Virus record (IMG/VR): IMGVR_UViG_3300037462_000205
Coordinates: 1-42,816 of that record
Source: a virus
Lineage: Duplodnaviria > Caudoviricetes
DNA: 42,816 bases
Strand: one strand, 5' to 3'
Below are positions 6,782 through 15,860 of this stretch, piece by piece. A program made the translations under genes and the position numbers. A model generated the notes under the pieces. That model saw nothing but the letters and a program-made list of their open reading frames with translations, was not told the origin of the DNA and searched no databases. Position 1 is the stretch's first letter. Each line of letters begins with the position of its first letter.

Positions 6782-8544
6782 ACATTCCTGAACTTGCAGC
6801 AAAGCATGGAGTATCTGCGGACGAATGGCGCATGAGAAGATTGGCGCTTTTCGTAGCCGAATGGAAGGCCGATTTTAAAAAATTCGCACGAGACGTGATA
6901 CGCATCCGCACGAAGTCAGGTGAACTCGAACCTCTTATTTTAAACGCAGCACAGTTGATTCTACATGACGCGGCAGAAGATCAACTCAATAAAGACAAAT
7001 GGGTTCGCATCGCGGGCTTGAAAGGTCGTCGACAAGGTTTTTCGACTTATGTAGCTGCGCGGGGATATTGGAGAACTACGCTGTGGGACCGTCAGCGCGC
7101 GTATATCCTCTCGCACGAAATGGCGTCTTCGAACGTGCTGTTCGGTATGGTCCAGTTGATGCAGGAAAAGCATCCGTTCCCGCCTGCGGTTGGCGCGGAT
7201 AATGCCAAAGAACTTGAAATCAAGCAGCGCGGCTCCAGCTACCAGGTTGCGACCGCAGGACAGAAGGCGGGCGGTCGTGGCGGCGCTGTGACCTTCTTCC
7301 ACGGCTCCGAAGCCGCATGGTGGACCAACGCACCCGACCACTTCGCCGCATCGGTGCAGGGCGTCGACGAAGTCCGCGGCGCATGGGGCGTTCTATGGAA
7401 AGAGCCCGCGAACCCGCTGCCGTTCGAGCAAGGCAAAGGTGAAATTTACGGCTGGGTCAAGGCACCATCTGAAATCTGGCTTGAAACCACATCGGCCGGC
7501 CCGAGCGGCGAATTCTGGAAACGCTACAACGACGCGATGAAGGGGATCGGGCGATACCGGGCCGTGTTCGTGCCTTGGACTGTCCAGCCGGAATATGTCG
7601 AGAGTGGTGATTACGTTCCCAATCCCGAAGTCGAGGAAGAAGGGGACATTTCCGAACTCGAATACCAGACCCTTCACGGCCTCAGCGATGCGCAGATGCT
7701 CTGGCGGCGCTCGAAAATCCATGAACTCGGCTCGGCGGGAAAATTCCGGCAGGAATATCCGATCGACGTGACTGAAGCTTTCGCGGCTGCGGACATTGAC
7801 GGCGTATTTATCAAGCCTGCGCTGGTGCTGCGAGCCCGCAAGCGTCAGATGGACGACCCCGACGCACCGCTGATCATCGGCGTTGATCCGGCTGGATCTG
7901 GCGGCGACCGCTTCGCTGTCGCGTTCCGTCGCGGCGACAAGATTATGAAGGTTCTCTGCCGGAACAAGCTGGAGCACGATGAGGCTGTAGCGTGGCTTTC
8001 CTCGATCCTCGACGAATACAACCCGAACCGCATGAACATTGATCGCGGCTCAATGGGGCAGGCCATTGTTACTGCGCTGCGCAATCTGAACAAGCGCTAT
8101 GCCGATATTGTGAAGGGGATTGATTTCGGCGGCACGTCGAAATCCAAGCAGGCCAACCCGAAGCGTGCAGGGCCGTGGAACCGCCGCGCCGAAATGTATG
8201 GCGACTTCAAGGAATGGCTGGTCGAGGGCGGCGCGATCCCCGACGACGATGATCTTGCCTCCGACATTAGCGGACCCAAGCAGAAATGGCGAGCCAACAA
8301 CGATTGGCTGCTTGAGAGCAAGAGCGACATGAAAGCGCGCGGGATACGATCTCCCGACCTTTCCGATGCTTGCGCATTGACCTTTGCAACCCGCGAGTTT
8401 TTCGATACATGGAGCACTCCCGGCAAGCCCCAAGGCTTCCGCGCGGGTGCTGCCCCGAACGAATTGATCGGGCACAACGGCGGTCCGTCGATGCAGGACG
8501 ATTGGGACAGTCGCGAAAGCGGTTCCTATGGTTGGATGGCGTAA
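6778..8544 (+). CDS. terL: Terminase large subunit
   Basis: KGRRQGFST Walker A, HGSE Walker B variant, GVDPA nuclease motif and C-terminal SPD..DA. Confidence 0.93.
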   Translation: MNIPELAAKHGVSADEWRMRRLALFVAEWKADFKKFARDVIRIRTKSGELEPLILNAAQLILHDAAEDQLNKDKWVRIAGLKGRRQGFSTYVAARGYWRTTLWDRQRAYILSHEMASSNVLFGMVQLMQEKHPFPPAVGADNAKELEIKQRGSSYQVATAGQKAGGRGGAVTFFHGSEAAWWTNAPDHFAASVQGVDEVRGAWGVLWKEPANPLPFEQGKGEIYGWVKAPSEIWLETTSAGPSGEFWKRYNDAMKGIGRYRAVFVPWTVQPEYVESGDYVPNPEVEEEGDISELEYQTLHGLSDAQMLWRRSKIHELGSAGKFRQEYPIDVTEAFAAADIDGVFIKPALVLRARKRQMDDPDAPLIIGVDPAGSGGDRFAVAFRRGDKIMKVLCRNKLEHDEAVAWLSSILDEYNPNRMNIDRGSMGQAIVTALRNLNKRYADIVKGIDFGGTSKSKQANPKRAGPWNRRAEMYGDFKEWLVEGGAIPDDDDLASDISGPKQKWRANNDWLLESKSDMKARGIRSPDLSDACALTFATREFFDTWSTPGKPQGFRAGAAPNELIGHNGGPSMQDDWDSRESGSYGWMA

Positions 8545-10677
8545 ATGGCAGGCTTGAGAGACAATCTCGCACGGCAGGATTTCGAACCGATCAAGCGCAG
8601 TCGCTCGCGCAAAATCCCCGGTTTCGACAGCGACGACGCATTCCTTCAAGATATGCGTGGCAAATACGAATGGGGCTATGGCTTCAACGAGCACAATATT
8701 CTCGCAGGCAAGGAAGATGCGAAATTCGTGGTCGGGAACCAATGGGACCCGGTTGTGGAGCAGCGCCGCAAGGATCAGCGCAAGCCTGTTCTGACCTTCA
8801 ACCGGCTGGTCGCTTTCATCGCGCAGGTGGTCGGCAATCGTCTCATGAACGAGACGGAAATTCGGGTCTATCCTGACAAGGCAGGCACCAAGGAAATCGC
8901 GGAAATCCGCGAAGGCATCATCCGCTCGATTTTCAAGAATTCCTACGCTGATTTCGCCCGCGACGAAGCGGCGAAGTATCAGGTCGTCGGCGGCGAGGGC
9001 TACTTTACCCTCAACATGGAATACGAGAGCGACGATGTGTTCGAGCAGCACATCAGGCTCGGCGCCGTCACTGATCCCTATTCCGTGGTCCTCGACCCGC
9101 TTTCGATCGAACCGAGCGGTGCTGATGCGCAATGGGGTTTCGTCACCGACGATATGCCGCAACAGGAATTCAAGAAGCGCTGGCCGTGGGCGGCGGAAGT
9201 CAGCTTCGAAGGCCATCAGCGCTGGAACGCAAACGGCTTCTGGCTTCATGAAGATCAGATCCGCGTCGTTTCCTATTGGCGCATGGTGACGGAAGGGACG
9301 AAAGTCCTTGCCCTCTATCAGGATGGCACCGTCCATGACGTGACCGAGAAGGAAGAATTCGAATACATCAATTTCGTCGAAACCCGCAGCGACGGCACTC
9401 CGTATATTCGGGAAGTGCCCAACCGTTTTGCCCGCCTCTATGTGTGCTCGGGCAACGCAATTCTCGAAGGCCCTTACGACTATCCGATTTCGTCGATCCC
9501 GATTTATCGGGTGCCGGGATGGGAATTGAACGATGGCGAGAAGATGCACCGTTGGGGGCTTATCCGCTTTCTCAAGGACCCGCAGCGCCTCCACAACTAC
9601 TGGCGCTCGACCGTAGCCGAGCAGCTTGTCGCCGCGCCACGGAACAAGTGGTTGGCAACGCCTGAATCCGTGAAGGGCCACGAAGCCAAGTGGCGGCGCG
9701 CTCCGACGAGCGACGACCCGTTCCTCTACTACAACGATGGCGAGCAGTCGCCGCAGCACATTCCGCCGCCAGGGATCGACGCTGCGCTTGTCAACGAGGC
9801 CGCGATTTCGACGCAGGACATGAAGGATATTTCCAATATCCACGAAGCGGCGCTCGGGATGCCGAGCAACGAAGTGTCGAAGGTCGCAATTCAGCAGCGC
9901 CAGATGGTGTCCGATGTAGGCACGTTCATTTACGTCGACCGGCGCCGGATTGCCGACGAGCGCTGCGCCAAGAACATCAACGAACTGATCCCCTACATTT
10001 ACGACACGCAGCGCACGTTGGCGATCATTGGCAGGGACGATAAATCGATCCTCATGACCATCAACGAACCTAGCAACCCGAATTCGGACGTGACGCTCGG
10101 CAAGTATGGTGTGACGGTCAGCGTCGGCCCTGCCAGCGAAACCAAGCGCGCTCTCGCCAGCGAGCAGATGATGGCCTTCGTCAATGCGATGCCGCAAAGC
10201 GCTGCGGTCGTCATGGATCTGGTCGCGGAAGCGCAGGATTGGCCGAAGTCGGGTGAATTTGCCCGCCGCTTCAAGATGCTCCTGCCTCCGGGCACGATTC
10301 CGGCTGACGAAATGACGCCGGAACAGCAACAGGCGGCGCAGCAGCAAGAGCAGATGGCAGCGCTGCAAGCCGAACTTGAGCAGGCGATGGCGCAAGCCGA
10401 ACTGGCAGGTAAACAGGCTAAGGCATCGAACGATGAAGCCCGCGCCCGACTTGCCGAAGCGCAAGCCTACAAGGCCATCCTCGACGCGCAGAGCCGCGCG
10501 AAGGACGTAGACGCCAAGAATGCTGAACGCGAGGCCAAGATTGACGACATGGAATTCCGTGAAGTCATGGATGCCTTCGATCAGAACAACCGTCTCGCCG
10601 CCGAAGATCGGGACTTCGACGAACGAGTGAGAGAACGCGAAACCCGGATCAATATCGGAGAACAAACCAGTGAATAA
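8545..10677 (+). CDS. Portal protein (P22 gp1-like)
   Basis: 710 aa after terL; G.QW, P.LT.N and DPQR..NYW motifs; Q-rich C-terminal coiled coil. Confidence 0.9.
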   Translation: MAGLRDNLARQDFEPIKRSRSRKIPGFDSDDAFLQDMRGKYEWGYGFNEHNILAGKEDAKFVVGNQWDPVVEQRRKDQRKPVLTFNRLVAFIAQVVGNRLMNETEIRVYPDKAGTKEIAEIREGIIRSIFKNSYADFARDEAAKYQVVGGEGYFTLNMEYESDDVFEQHIRLGAVTDPYSVVLDPLSIEPSGADAQWGFVTDDMPQQEFKKRWPWAAEVSFEGHQRWNANGFWLHEDQIRVVSYWRMVTEGTKVLALYQDGTVHDVTEKEEFEYINFVETRSDGTPYIREVPNRFARLYVCSGNAILEGPYDYPISSIPIYRVPGWELNDGEKMHRWGLIRFLKDPQRLHNYWRSTVAEQLVAAPRNKWLATPESVKGHEAKWRRAPTSDDPFLYYNDGEQSPQHIPPPGIDAALVNEAAISTQDMKDISNIHEAALGMPSNEVSKVAIQQRQMVSDVGTFIYVDRRRIADERCAKNINELIPYIYDTQRTLAIIGRDDKSILMTINEPSNPNSDVTLGKYGVTVSVGPASETKRALASEQMMAFVNAMPQSAAVVMDLVAEAQDWPKSGEFARRFKMLLPPGTIPADEMTPEQQQAAQQQEQMAALQAELEQAMAQAELAGKQAKASNDEARARLAEAQAYKAILDAQSRAKDVDAKNAEREAKIDDMEFREVMDAFDQNNRLAAEDRDFDERVRERETRINIGEQTSE

Positions 10678-11650
10678 CGAACCCAATCAGTCGGACGTCG
10701 ACGATTTCGCCGCTTTTGAAGCGGCCGGGGAAGTCGAAGTCGGTGACAGCAATCTCGTCGAACAGCCGGAAGAAAAGCCCACCAAGAAGGCACCGAAGGC
10801 CAAGGAAAAGCCTGCACCCGATCCGGTTGAGGATGAAGTCGACGAAGATGGCGACGATTCCGGCGAGGAAAGCGACGATTCCGGCGAGGAAGATGGCGAC
10901 GATGGCGACAAGCCGAAAAAGTCGGCCAAGGACTTCCAGATCGAACGCCTCAAGCGGGAAAAGGCCGAACTTGCGCGCCAACTGCGCGAAGGCACCAACC
11001 GCGAACTTCTCGAACGGCTCGAACGCATCGAAAAGGGCTTGCAGCCGGAAAATTCCGGTGGTAATCGGGAAACCGAGATCAGTCCGGAACCCGATCCCAA
11101 CGATCTGGACAAGTATCCCCTCGGGCACCTCGATCCCGGCTACATCGAGGATAAGCTTGATTGGCTGACGGAAACGAAAGCCGCAAAGCAAGCTGATGCG
11201 GTCCTGCAACGTCAGCAGGAAGTCGAGCAGCAACACCAGTTGCTCGAAAAGGTCGACAATCTTGCGACCCGCGGCAGCGAACTTTTCGAGGACTTCCAAG
11301 AAACCGTTGTCGAAGCCGGGATGCGAGGCGATTGGGACCTGTCCCAAACGACCTTCGAGGCCGCTCACGAAGCTGAGAACGGCGTGCAAATCCTCTACGA
11401 TCTTGCGCAGAACCCCAAGGAAGCCAGCCGCGTAGCCAAGCTTTCTCCGTTTCAGCAGATCAAGTATGTGGCCGAGCGCGATGCCGAGATCAGCAAGAGC
11501 AAGTCGCCGCGCCGCATTCCGAAGGCTGGCGACCCGCCTCAGAACCCCGCGCGCGGTGCCAATTCCCGCACGCAGATCAATCCGGCCACCGACAATCTCG
11601 ACGATTTCGAGAAAGCTTGGGAAGCCGACGCTCGAAAGAGCAACCGCTAA
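10670..11650 (+). CDS. Scaffolding protein
   Basis: Acidic N-terminus and coiled coils; lies between portal and coat. Confidence 0.8.
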   Translation: MNNEPNQSDVDDFAAFEAAGEVEVGDSNLVEQPEEKPTKKAPKAKEKPAPDPVEDEVDEDGDDSGEESDDSGEEDGDDGDKPKKSAKDFQIERLKREKAELARQLREGTNRELLERLERIEKGLQPENSGGNRETEISPEPDPNDLDKYPLGHLDPGYIEDKLDWLTETKAAKQADAVLQRQQEVEQQHQLLEKVDNLATRGSELFEDFQETVVEAGMRGDWDLSQTTFEAAHEAENGVQILYDLAQNPKEASRVAKLSPFQQIKYVAERDAEISKSKSPRRIPKAGDPPQNPARGANSRTQINPATDNLDDFEKAWEADARKSNR

Positions 11651-11653
11651 TTT

Positions 11654-11704
11654 TGCGGCATCGGGATACTCCGATCCGCGTTTCTAGGAAGGAGTATCCC
11701 GATG
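11654..11704 (+). promoter_or_regulatory. Structured translational leader of the coat gene
   Basis: Perfect 14-bp inverted repeat (11659-11672 with 11691-11704) covering GGAG and ATG; alternative hairpin at 11654-11680. Confidence 0.7.
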
Positions 11705-13024
11705 GGTGCCGTTACCGTTGAACAACAGAAGCTGGTTCTGAACGCCTTTGCGATGGTGCTCCAGAACAACCTCGTCACCGCGCAGGCCGTGACGTGGAAC
11801 GAATACGATGGGGAAATGGACGACCGCAACGGTCTCCAGATCCTCGAACAGGTGACGCCGCGCTACAACATCACCCGCACCGAAAACGGCGTGAAGGATC
11901 TGTCGAGCGGCACCGATGGCACCGTGTTCGGTTCGGAACTGTTCGAAGTCACCGGCACCTTCAACGCCAACATGGGCTGGGGCGACTTCATCAAGATCAA
12001 GGACATTGGCGCGGCCCGCGAGAGCAAGGCGCTCCTCGGCGCCGCAACGTCGATGGCCGAGAAGATCGACGCCTACATTCTGGAACACGCCGTCAATGCC
12101 TCGGCCGATTGGCTTGGTGACGGAACTTCCTCGATTGATGAATGGGTCGACGCCGCTGCCGCCTACGCCCGCCTCAAGGAAAACGGCGTGGGCGACAACG
12201 ATCTGCGCTACATCATGAACCACACCGACGAATTCCGCCTCGGTGATCAGGTCGTGAAGCTGCCCGCTCCCGATGGTCTGTCGACCACGACTTACCGCCG
12301 GGGCTTCTCGGGCGACCTCAACGGCCACCCGACCATGTTCACGAACCAGCTTCCGGTTCTGACCACTGGCACCCGCACCGGGACCGGCGCGAACGTGATG
12401 GAAGTCAACGGCGCAAGCCAGAACGTCAACTACGCCGATGTGGCAAAGGCTGGCACCGTCAATGGTCGGCGCATGACCCAAATCCTGAACATCACCGATG
12501 CCACCACGGCAACGGCGACGTTCAAGAAGGGTGAAGTGTTCACCATCGCGGGCGTGTTCGCCTACGACAACCGCAAGCAGGCCCCCGTCACTCCGGCGCG
12601 GCTCCAGCAGTTTACCGTGGTCGAAGATGCTACGGCGGTTGCTGGCGCAGTTGCCCTGCGCATCTTCCCGGCGATCATCGTGCCTGGTTCGGGCACTGGC
12701 GACAACGTGGCGATCAACACCGCCCATGCGACTGTGACCGCTGCACCGGCTGACAATGCCGACATTACCTTCCTCGGCGCACCGAGCACGGCCCTGTCGC
12801 CGCGCGTGTTGATCCAGAAGGAAGCGATCGTCGTCAACACCGTGCCGCTGATCCTGCCCGCATCCGACACCTCGATGCGCCGCCGCCTGAACAAGATCCC
12901 GCTGACTGTCCGTATGTGGCAGCACAGCGATTTCTACACCGGCACCCACGGCGTTCGCTTCGACGTGGCGCTCAACGTCAACATCCGCGAGCGGATGCGG
13001 ATCGCGCGCTTCAACGGCTCGTAA
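11702..13024 (+). CDS. Major capsid protein (P22 gp5-like)
   Basis: 440 aa with strong codon bias. GEVFTIAGV...LQQFTV and RFDV motifs typical of the P22 coat family. Confidence 0.9.
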   Translation: MGAVTVEQQKLVLNAFAMVLQNNLVTAQAVTWNEYDGEMDDRNGLQILEQVTPRYNITRTENGVKDLSSGTDGTVFGSELFEVTGTFNANMGWGDFIKIKDIGAARESKALLGAATSMAEKIDAYILEHAVNASADWLGDGTSSIDEWVDAAAAYARLKENGVGDNDLRYIMNHTDEFRLGDQVVKLPAPDGLSTTTYRRGFSGDLNGHPTMFTNQLPVLTTGTRTGTGANVMEVNGASQNVNYADVAKAGTVNGRRMTQILNITDATTATATFKKGEVFTIAGVFAYDNRKQAPVTPARLQQFTVVEDATAVAGAVALRIFPAIIVPGSGTGDNVAINTAHATVTAAPADNADITFLGAPSTALSPRVLIQKEAIVVNTVPLILPASDTSMRRRLNKIPLTVRMWQHSDFYTGTHGVRFDVALNVNIRERMRIARFNGS

Positions 13025-13057
13025 TCGGCTCGCTCGGCGTTCTCCGGGGCGAGGACC

Positions 13058-13100
13058 GAGAATCCCCCTGTCGATGCCCGCTCGGCAGGGGGATTTTCTC
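13058..13100 (+). terminator. Terminator-like hairpin after the coat gene
   Basis: AATCCCCCTGTCGA/TCGGCAGGGGGATT stem followed by TTCTCT. Confidence 0.65.
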
Positions 13101-13125
13101 TCAAGAAGATTTCGGGAGACACCAG

Positions 13126-13383
13126 ATGGGACAGATCAAAGAACACTACCAGGCGAAGCCGATGGGAGCGAATTCGTCGCTCAAGATCGGGGCAACGCTT
13201 GCCGGGTTTCTCTGCACAGCGAACGGCAACCTGACCGTTACCGATGCGGACGGAACCGTGCTCGTCAACGCTCACCCCTGCACCGCAGGGCAGGGCTTCA
13301 TTCGCATCCCGATCGTTTCGAACACCACCGCTGGCATGACGATTACGCTTGCAGGCGGGTGCTCAGGGACGATCTTCACCTAA
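13126..13383 (+). CDS. Small beta-rich virion protein (possible decoration protein)
   Basis: GGGAG SD; follows the coat gene. Confidence 0.65.
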   Translation: MGQIKEHYQAKPMGANSSLKIGATLAGFLCTANGNLTVTDADGTVLVNAHPCTAGQGFIRIPIVSNTTAGMTITLAGGCSGTIFT

Positions 13384-13393
13384 GGAGAACATC

Positions 13394-13678
13394 ATGAGCA
13401 ATCTTTCATGGCCTGCGTGGTTCAACGGCCCGGATGGCGAAGCGGAAATCTTCGACAAGCCTGAGGACGTGCCGAGTGGCTGGACTTCCGGTGCCGAGAA
13501 AATCACCGTCGACGGCAAGCCCGCCACGATCGAAACCGTCAACGTGCTTGAAGGCGAGCGCGATGCTGACGGCCACCTGTTCGATCCCGCAATGCACACC
13601 GGCACCAAGACCAAAGCTGGCCTGTGGCGCATGAAGGTCGGTGTCGCTCGCCCTGCGCCGCTCCAGCACGACCTCTGA
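13394..13678 (+). CDS. Hypothetical protein; ends HDL
   Basis: TAAGGAG SD. N-terminal WPAWF.GP.GE..IF..PEDVP.GW; C-terminal motif shared with gene 32040-32750. Confidence 0.8.
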   Translation: MSNLSWPAWFNGPDGEAEIFDKPEDVPSGWTSGAEKITVDGKPATIETVNVLEGERDADGHLFDPAMHTGTKTKAGLWRMKVGVARPAPLQHDL

Positions 13679-13694
13679 CCGAAAGGAAGCGCCG

Positions 13695-13805
13695 ATGAAG
13701 AAGTGCGGTGACAAAGGCTCGATCAAGAGCATGAAGATGGGCTACAGCAAGCCCAAGGGGATGGCGAAGTCGGGGATGAAAAAGACCACGGCTCGCCGCA
13801 AGTAA
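13695..13805 (+). CDS. Lys-rich peptide (36 aa)
   Basis: Read manually: MKKCGDKGSIKSMKMGYSKPKGMAKSGMKKTTARRK. AAAGGA SD. Confidence 0.6.
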   Translation: MKKCGDKGSIKSMKMGYSKPKGMAKSGMKKTTARRK

Positions 13806-13823
13806 GGAAGTGGAGCGCTTCGC

Positions 13824-14594
13824 GTGACCGTAGTCTCATCGATCATCACTGACGCTTTTCGAGAAGGCAATATCCTGCCGATCACGAAAGCGCCGACCGA
13901 TGCGCAGACCACCGAAGCGCTCCGCTTGCTCAATCAGCTTTTCTCCGCGATCTACGGAGACGAAGCAGGCGAAGCCCTGCAAGATTGGCCTCTCGGTCAA
14001 TTCGGACGCGAGAGCCCGGACAGCGATTGGTGCTGGACGGAAGATCGCCTCAGCCAGCCGCAGATCAACCGACGCCTTCTGGCACTCAATGAACAGGCCA
14101 AGACGGTATTCCTGCCGCTCTATCCGCAAGATGGCTCGCGCATAGGGATCGCAGACCCTTACGGTCGCCTAGCGGCGTTCCCTGTTACGTTCGACGGCAA
14201 CGGACGCACGATTGAGGGAGCGCAGACACTTCTTCTCGACGCTAACGGCACCTACCGTGAGTGGTTCTATCGTGCCGATCTCGGCAACTGGATGCGACTG
14301 ACTGGTGTGGCACTGACCGACGAAATGCCCTTCCCCGCAGACTTCGACATTTTCTTCACGATCCTTTTGGCGATGCGCATCAACCCGCGCTACGGCAGGG
14401 AAATGGATCCGCAGAGTCAGATCATATTCAAGAGCCAGCAGCGAGCCTTTATTGCTCGCTACCTGCAATCCATGCCGCTTGAGGTCCTCGATGATATTTC
14501 GTGGCCGTTCATGTCGACGCAAAGTTACGACCAGCAGCGGGAATTTTCGTCGACGCGAGCCTTCAACCGTGGCAGCTATTTCTGGAGGCCGTAA
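13824..14594 (+). CDS. Head-tail adaptor (P22 gp4-like)
   Basis: IITDAFRE..I...ALRLLN at the N-terminus, LAMRI.P.YG near the C-terminus, and position. Confidence 0.75.
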   Translation: MTVVSSIITDAFREGNILPITKAPTDAQTTEALRLLNQLFSAIYGDEAGEALQDWPLGQFGRESPDSDWCWTEDRLSQPQINRRLLALNEQAKTVFLPLYPQDGSRIGIADPYGRLAAFPVTFDGNGRTIEGAQTLLLDANGTYREWFYRADLGNWMRLTGVALTDEMPFPADFDIFFTILLAMRINPRYGREMDPQSQIIFKSQQRAFIARYLQSMPLEVLDDISWPFMSTQSYDQQREFSSTRAFNRGSYFWRP

Positions 14595-14597
14595 ATC

Positions 14598-15857
14598 ATG
14601 GTCGACATTCCGCTGTCTCGCAGCGATTACTTCCGAGGTGTTGCCAAAGAAGCCCGCATTCAGACCCGCAACCGCTATTTTGAACAGAACCCGGTTCTGA
14701 CCGACACGCAGGCAGCACTGATCGCACGTCCAGGACTTCGCCGGTGGAAAGTCGTCGGTGACGGCCCGATTCGGGGCATCTACAGCCAGGCGGGCAGTTT
14801 TTCTGACACGCTATTCACAGCGTCGGGCGAAAATCTCTATCGTGTCGACACAGACGAAACTGACACGCTGATCGGGCCGATCCCAAGCCTCAACCCGATC
14901 TCGGCTGTGCAGATGGCCGCGACCAGCAACATTGGAGAGACGCCAGAATATCTCTTTGTTGCGGCGGGCTCGTCGTTAATGTGCTACGTCGAAAACGGCT
15001 TTGCGCGGGGCACCTTTACCGGCGTCCCTGCGAACAACGATGTGGTGCGGCTCGGGTCTGTCTACTACCGATTCACCAATGCCAGTGTCGACGCAGGCAC
15101 TCCGGCCGGCACGATCGCAAATCCGTGGCTAGTGGCCTTGGGGATTTCGATTGCCGAAGCTTTGACCAACCTTGCCGAAGCAATCAATGCGCAAGGTGCG
15201 GCGGGCACCGGCTACAGCACGAACACGATTGCCAATCCGGACGCGCAAACGACCAACTGGACCGCGACCGATGTGAACGTTCGAGCAAATGCCGTGGGCG
15301 TGCTCGGCAACACAGTCGTCACGACCGAGACAGGGGCAGCGATTTCGTGGAGTGCAGCAACGCTCACCAATGGCGGCGGCCCTTCGTGGTTTCAGGTGCA
15401 GACACCGGACGATGCCGGGATCATCAGCGTCGGCTATCTCGCAGGCTACGTGATCGTCGTCCCAGCGCAGGGGCAAGGCATCAACGGGCGCGTCTATTGG
15501 ATCGAACCTGGTGAGACGACGATTGATCCGCTCAATTTCGCCACTGCGGAACGAGCCCCGGACCCAATCTCCGGTGTAGTAATCTTCGGGGACCAATTCT
15601 GGCTCCCTGGCGTCAACACGACTGAGTCGTGGTATTTCAGCGGCGATCCGGAAAGTCCAGTGCTGCGGGTGCAAGGTGTCGTCTATGATCGGGGTGCATG
15701 GCAAGGCACTGCAATTCAGGTCAAGGAGAGCATGATCCTCGTCGACAACGAAGGGGCTGTTTTCCAGATCGGCGGTGGTGTAAAGCGTATTTCGCGCCCT
15801 GACATTCAGCAGCGCATCCGCGAAGCTATTCAGATTCAGAAAGCGCAGGGAATATAG
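14598..15857 (+). CDS. Tail nozzle / DNA stabilization protein (P22 gp10-like), N-terminal part
   Basis: RPGL...GPIRG, DPLNFATAE..PD and TE.W..SG motifs. Confidence 0.75.
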   Translation: MVDIPLSRSDYFRGVAKEARIQTRNRYFEQNPVLTDTQAALIARPGLRRWKVVGDGPIRGIYSQAGSFSDTLFTASGENLYRVDTDETDTLIGPIPSLNPISAVQMAATSNIGETPEYLFVAAGSSLMCYVENGFARGTFTGVPANNDVVRLGSVYYRFTNASVDAGTPAGTIANPWLVALGISIAEALTNLAEAINAQGAAGTGYSTNTIANPDAQTTNWTATDVNVRANAVGVLGNTVVTTETGAAISWSAATLTNGGGPSWFQVQTPDDAGIISVGYLAGYVIVVPAQGQGINGRVYWIEPGETTIDPLNFATAERAPDPISGVVIFGDQFWLPGVNTTESWYFSGDPESPVLRVQGVVYDRGAWQGTAIQVKESMILVDNEGAVFQIGGGVKRISRPDIQQRIREAIQIQKAQGI

Positions 15858-15860
15858 ATC

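Noticed and set aside
8050-10686. 878-aa antisense ORF opposite the portal gene (also 11684-12949, 19851-20834, 22390-23385, 27852-28916, 30721-31647 and 31824-33011)
   Set aside because: Shadow frames of strongly biased GC-rich coding sequence; no recognisable motifs and atypical composition.
10853-10891. 18-bp direct repeat in the scaffold gene
   Set aside because: Ordinary slippage in a low-complexity acidic linker (DDSGEE twice).
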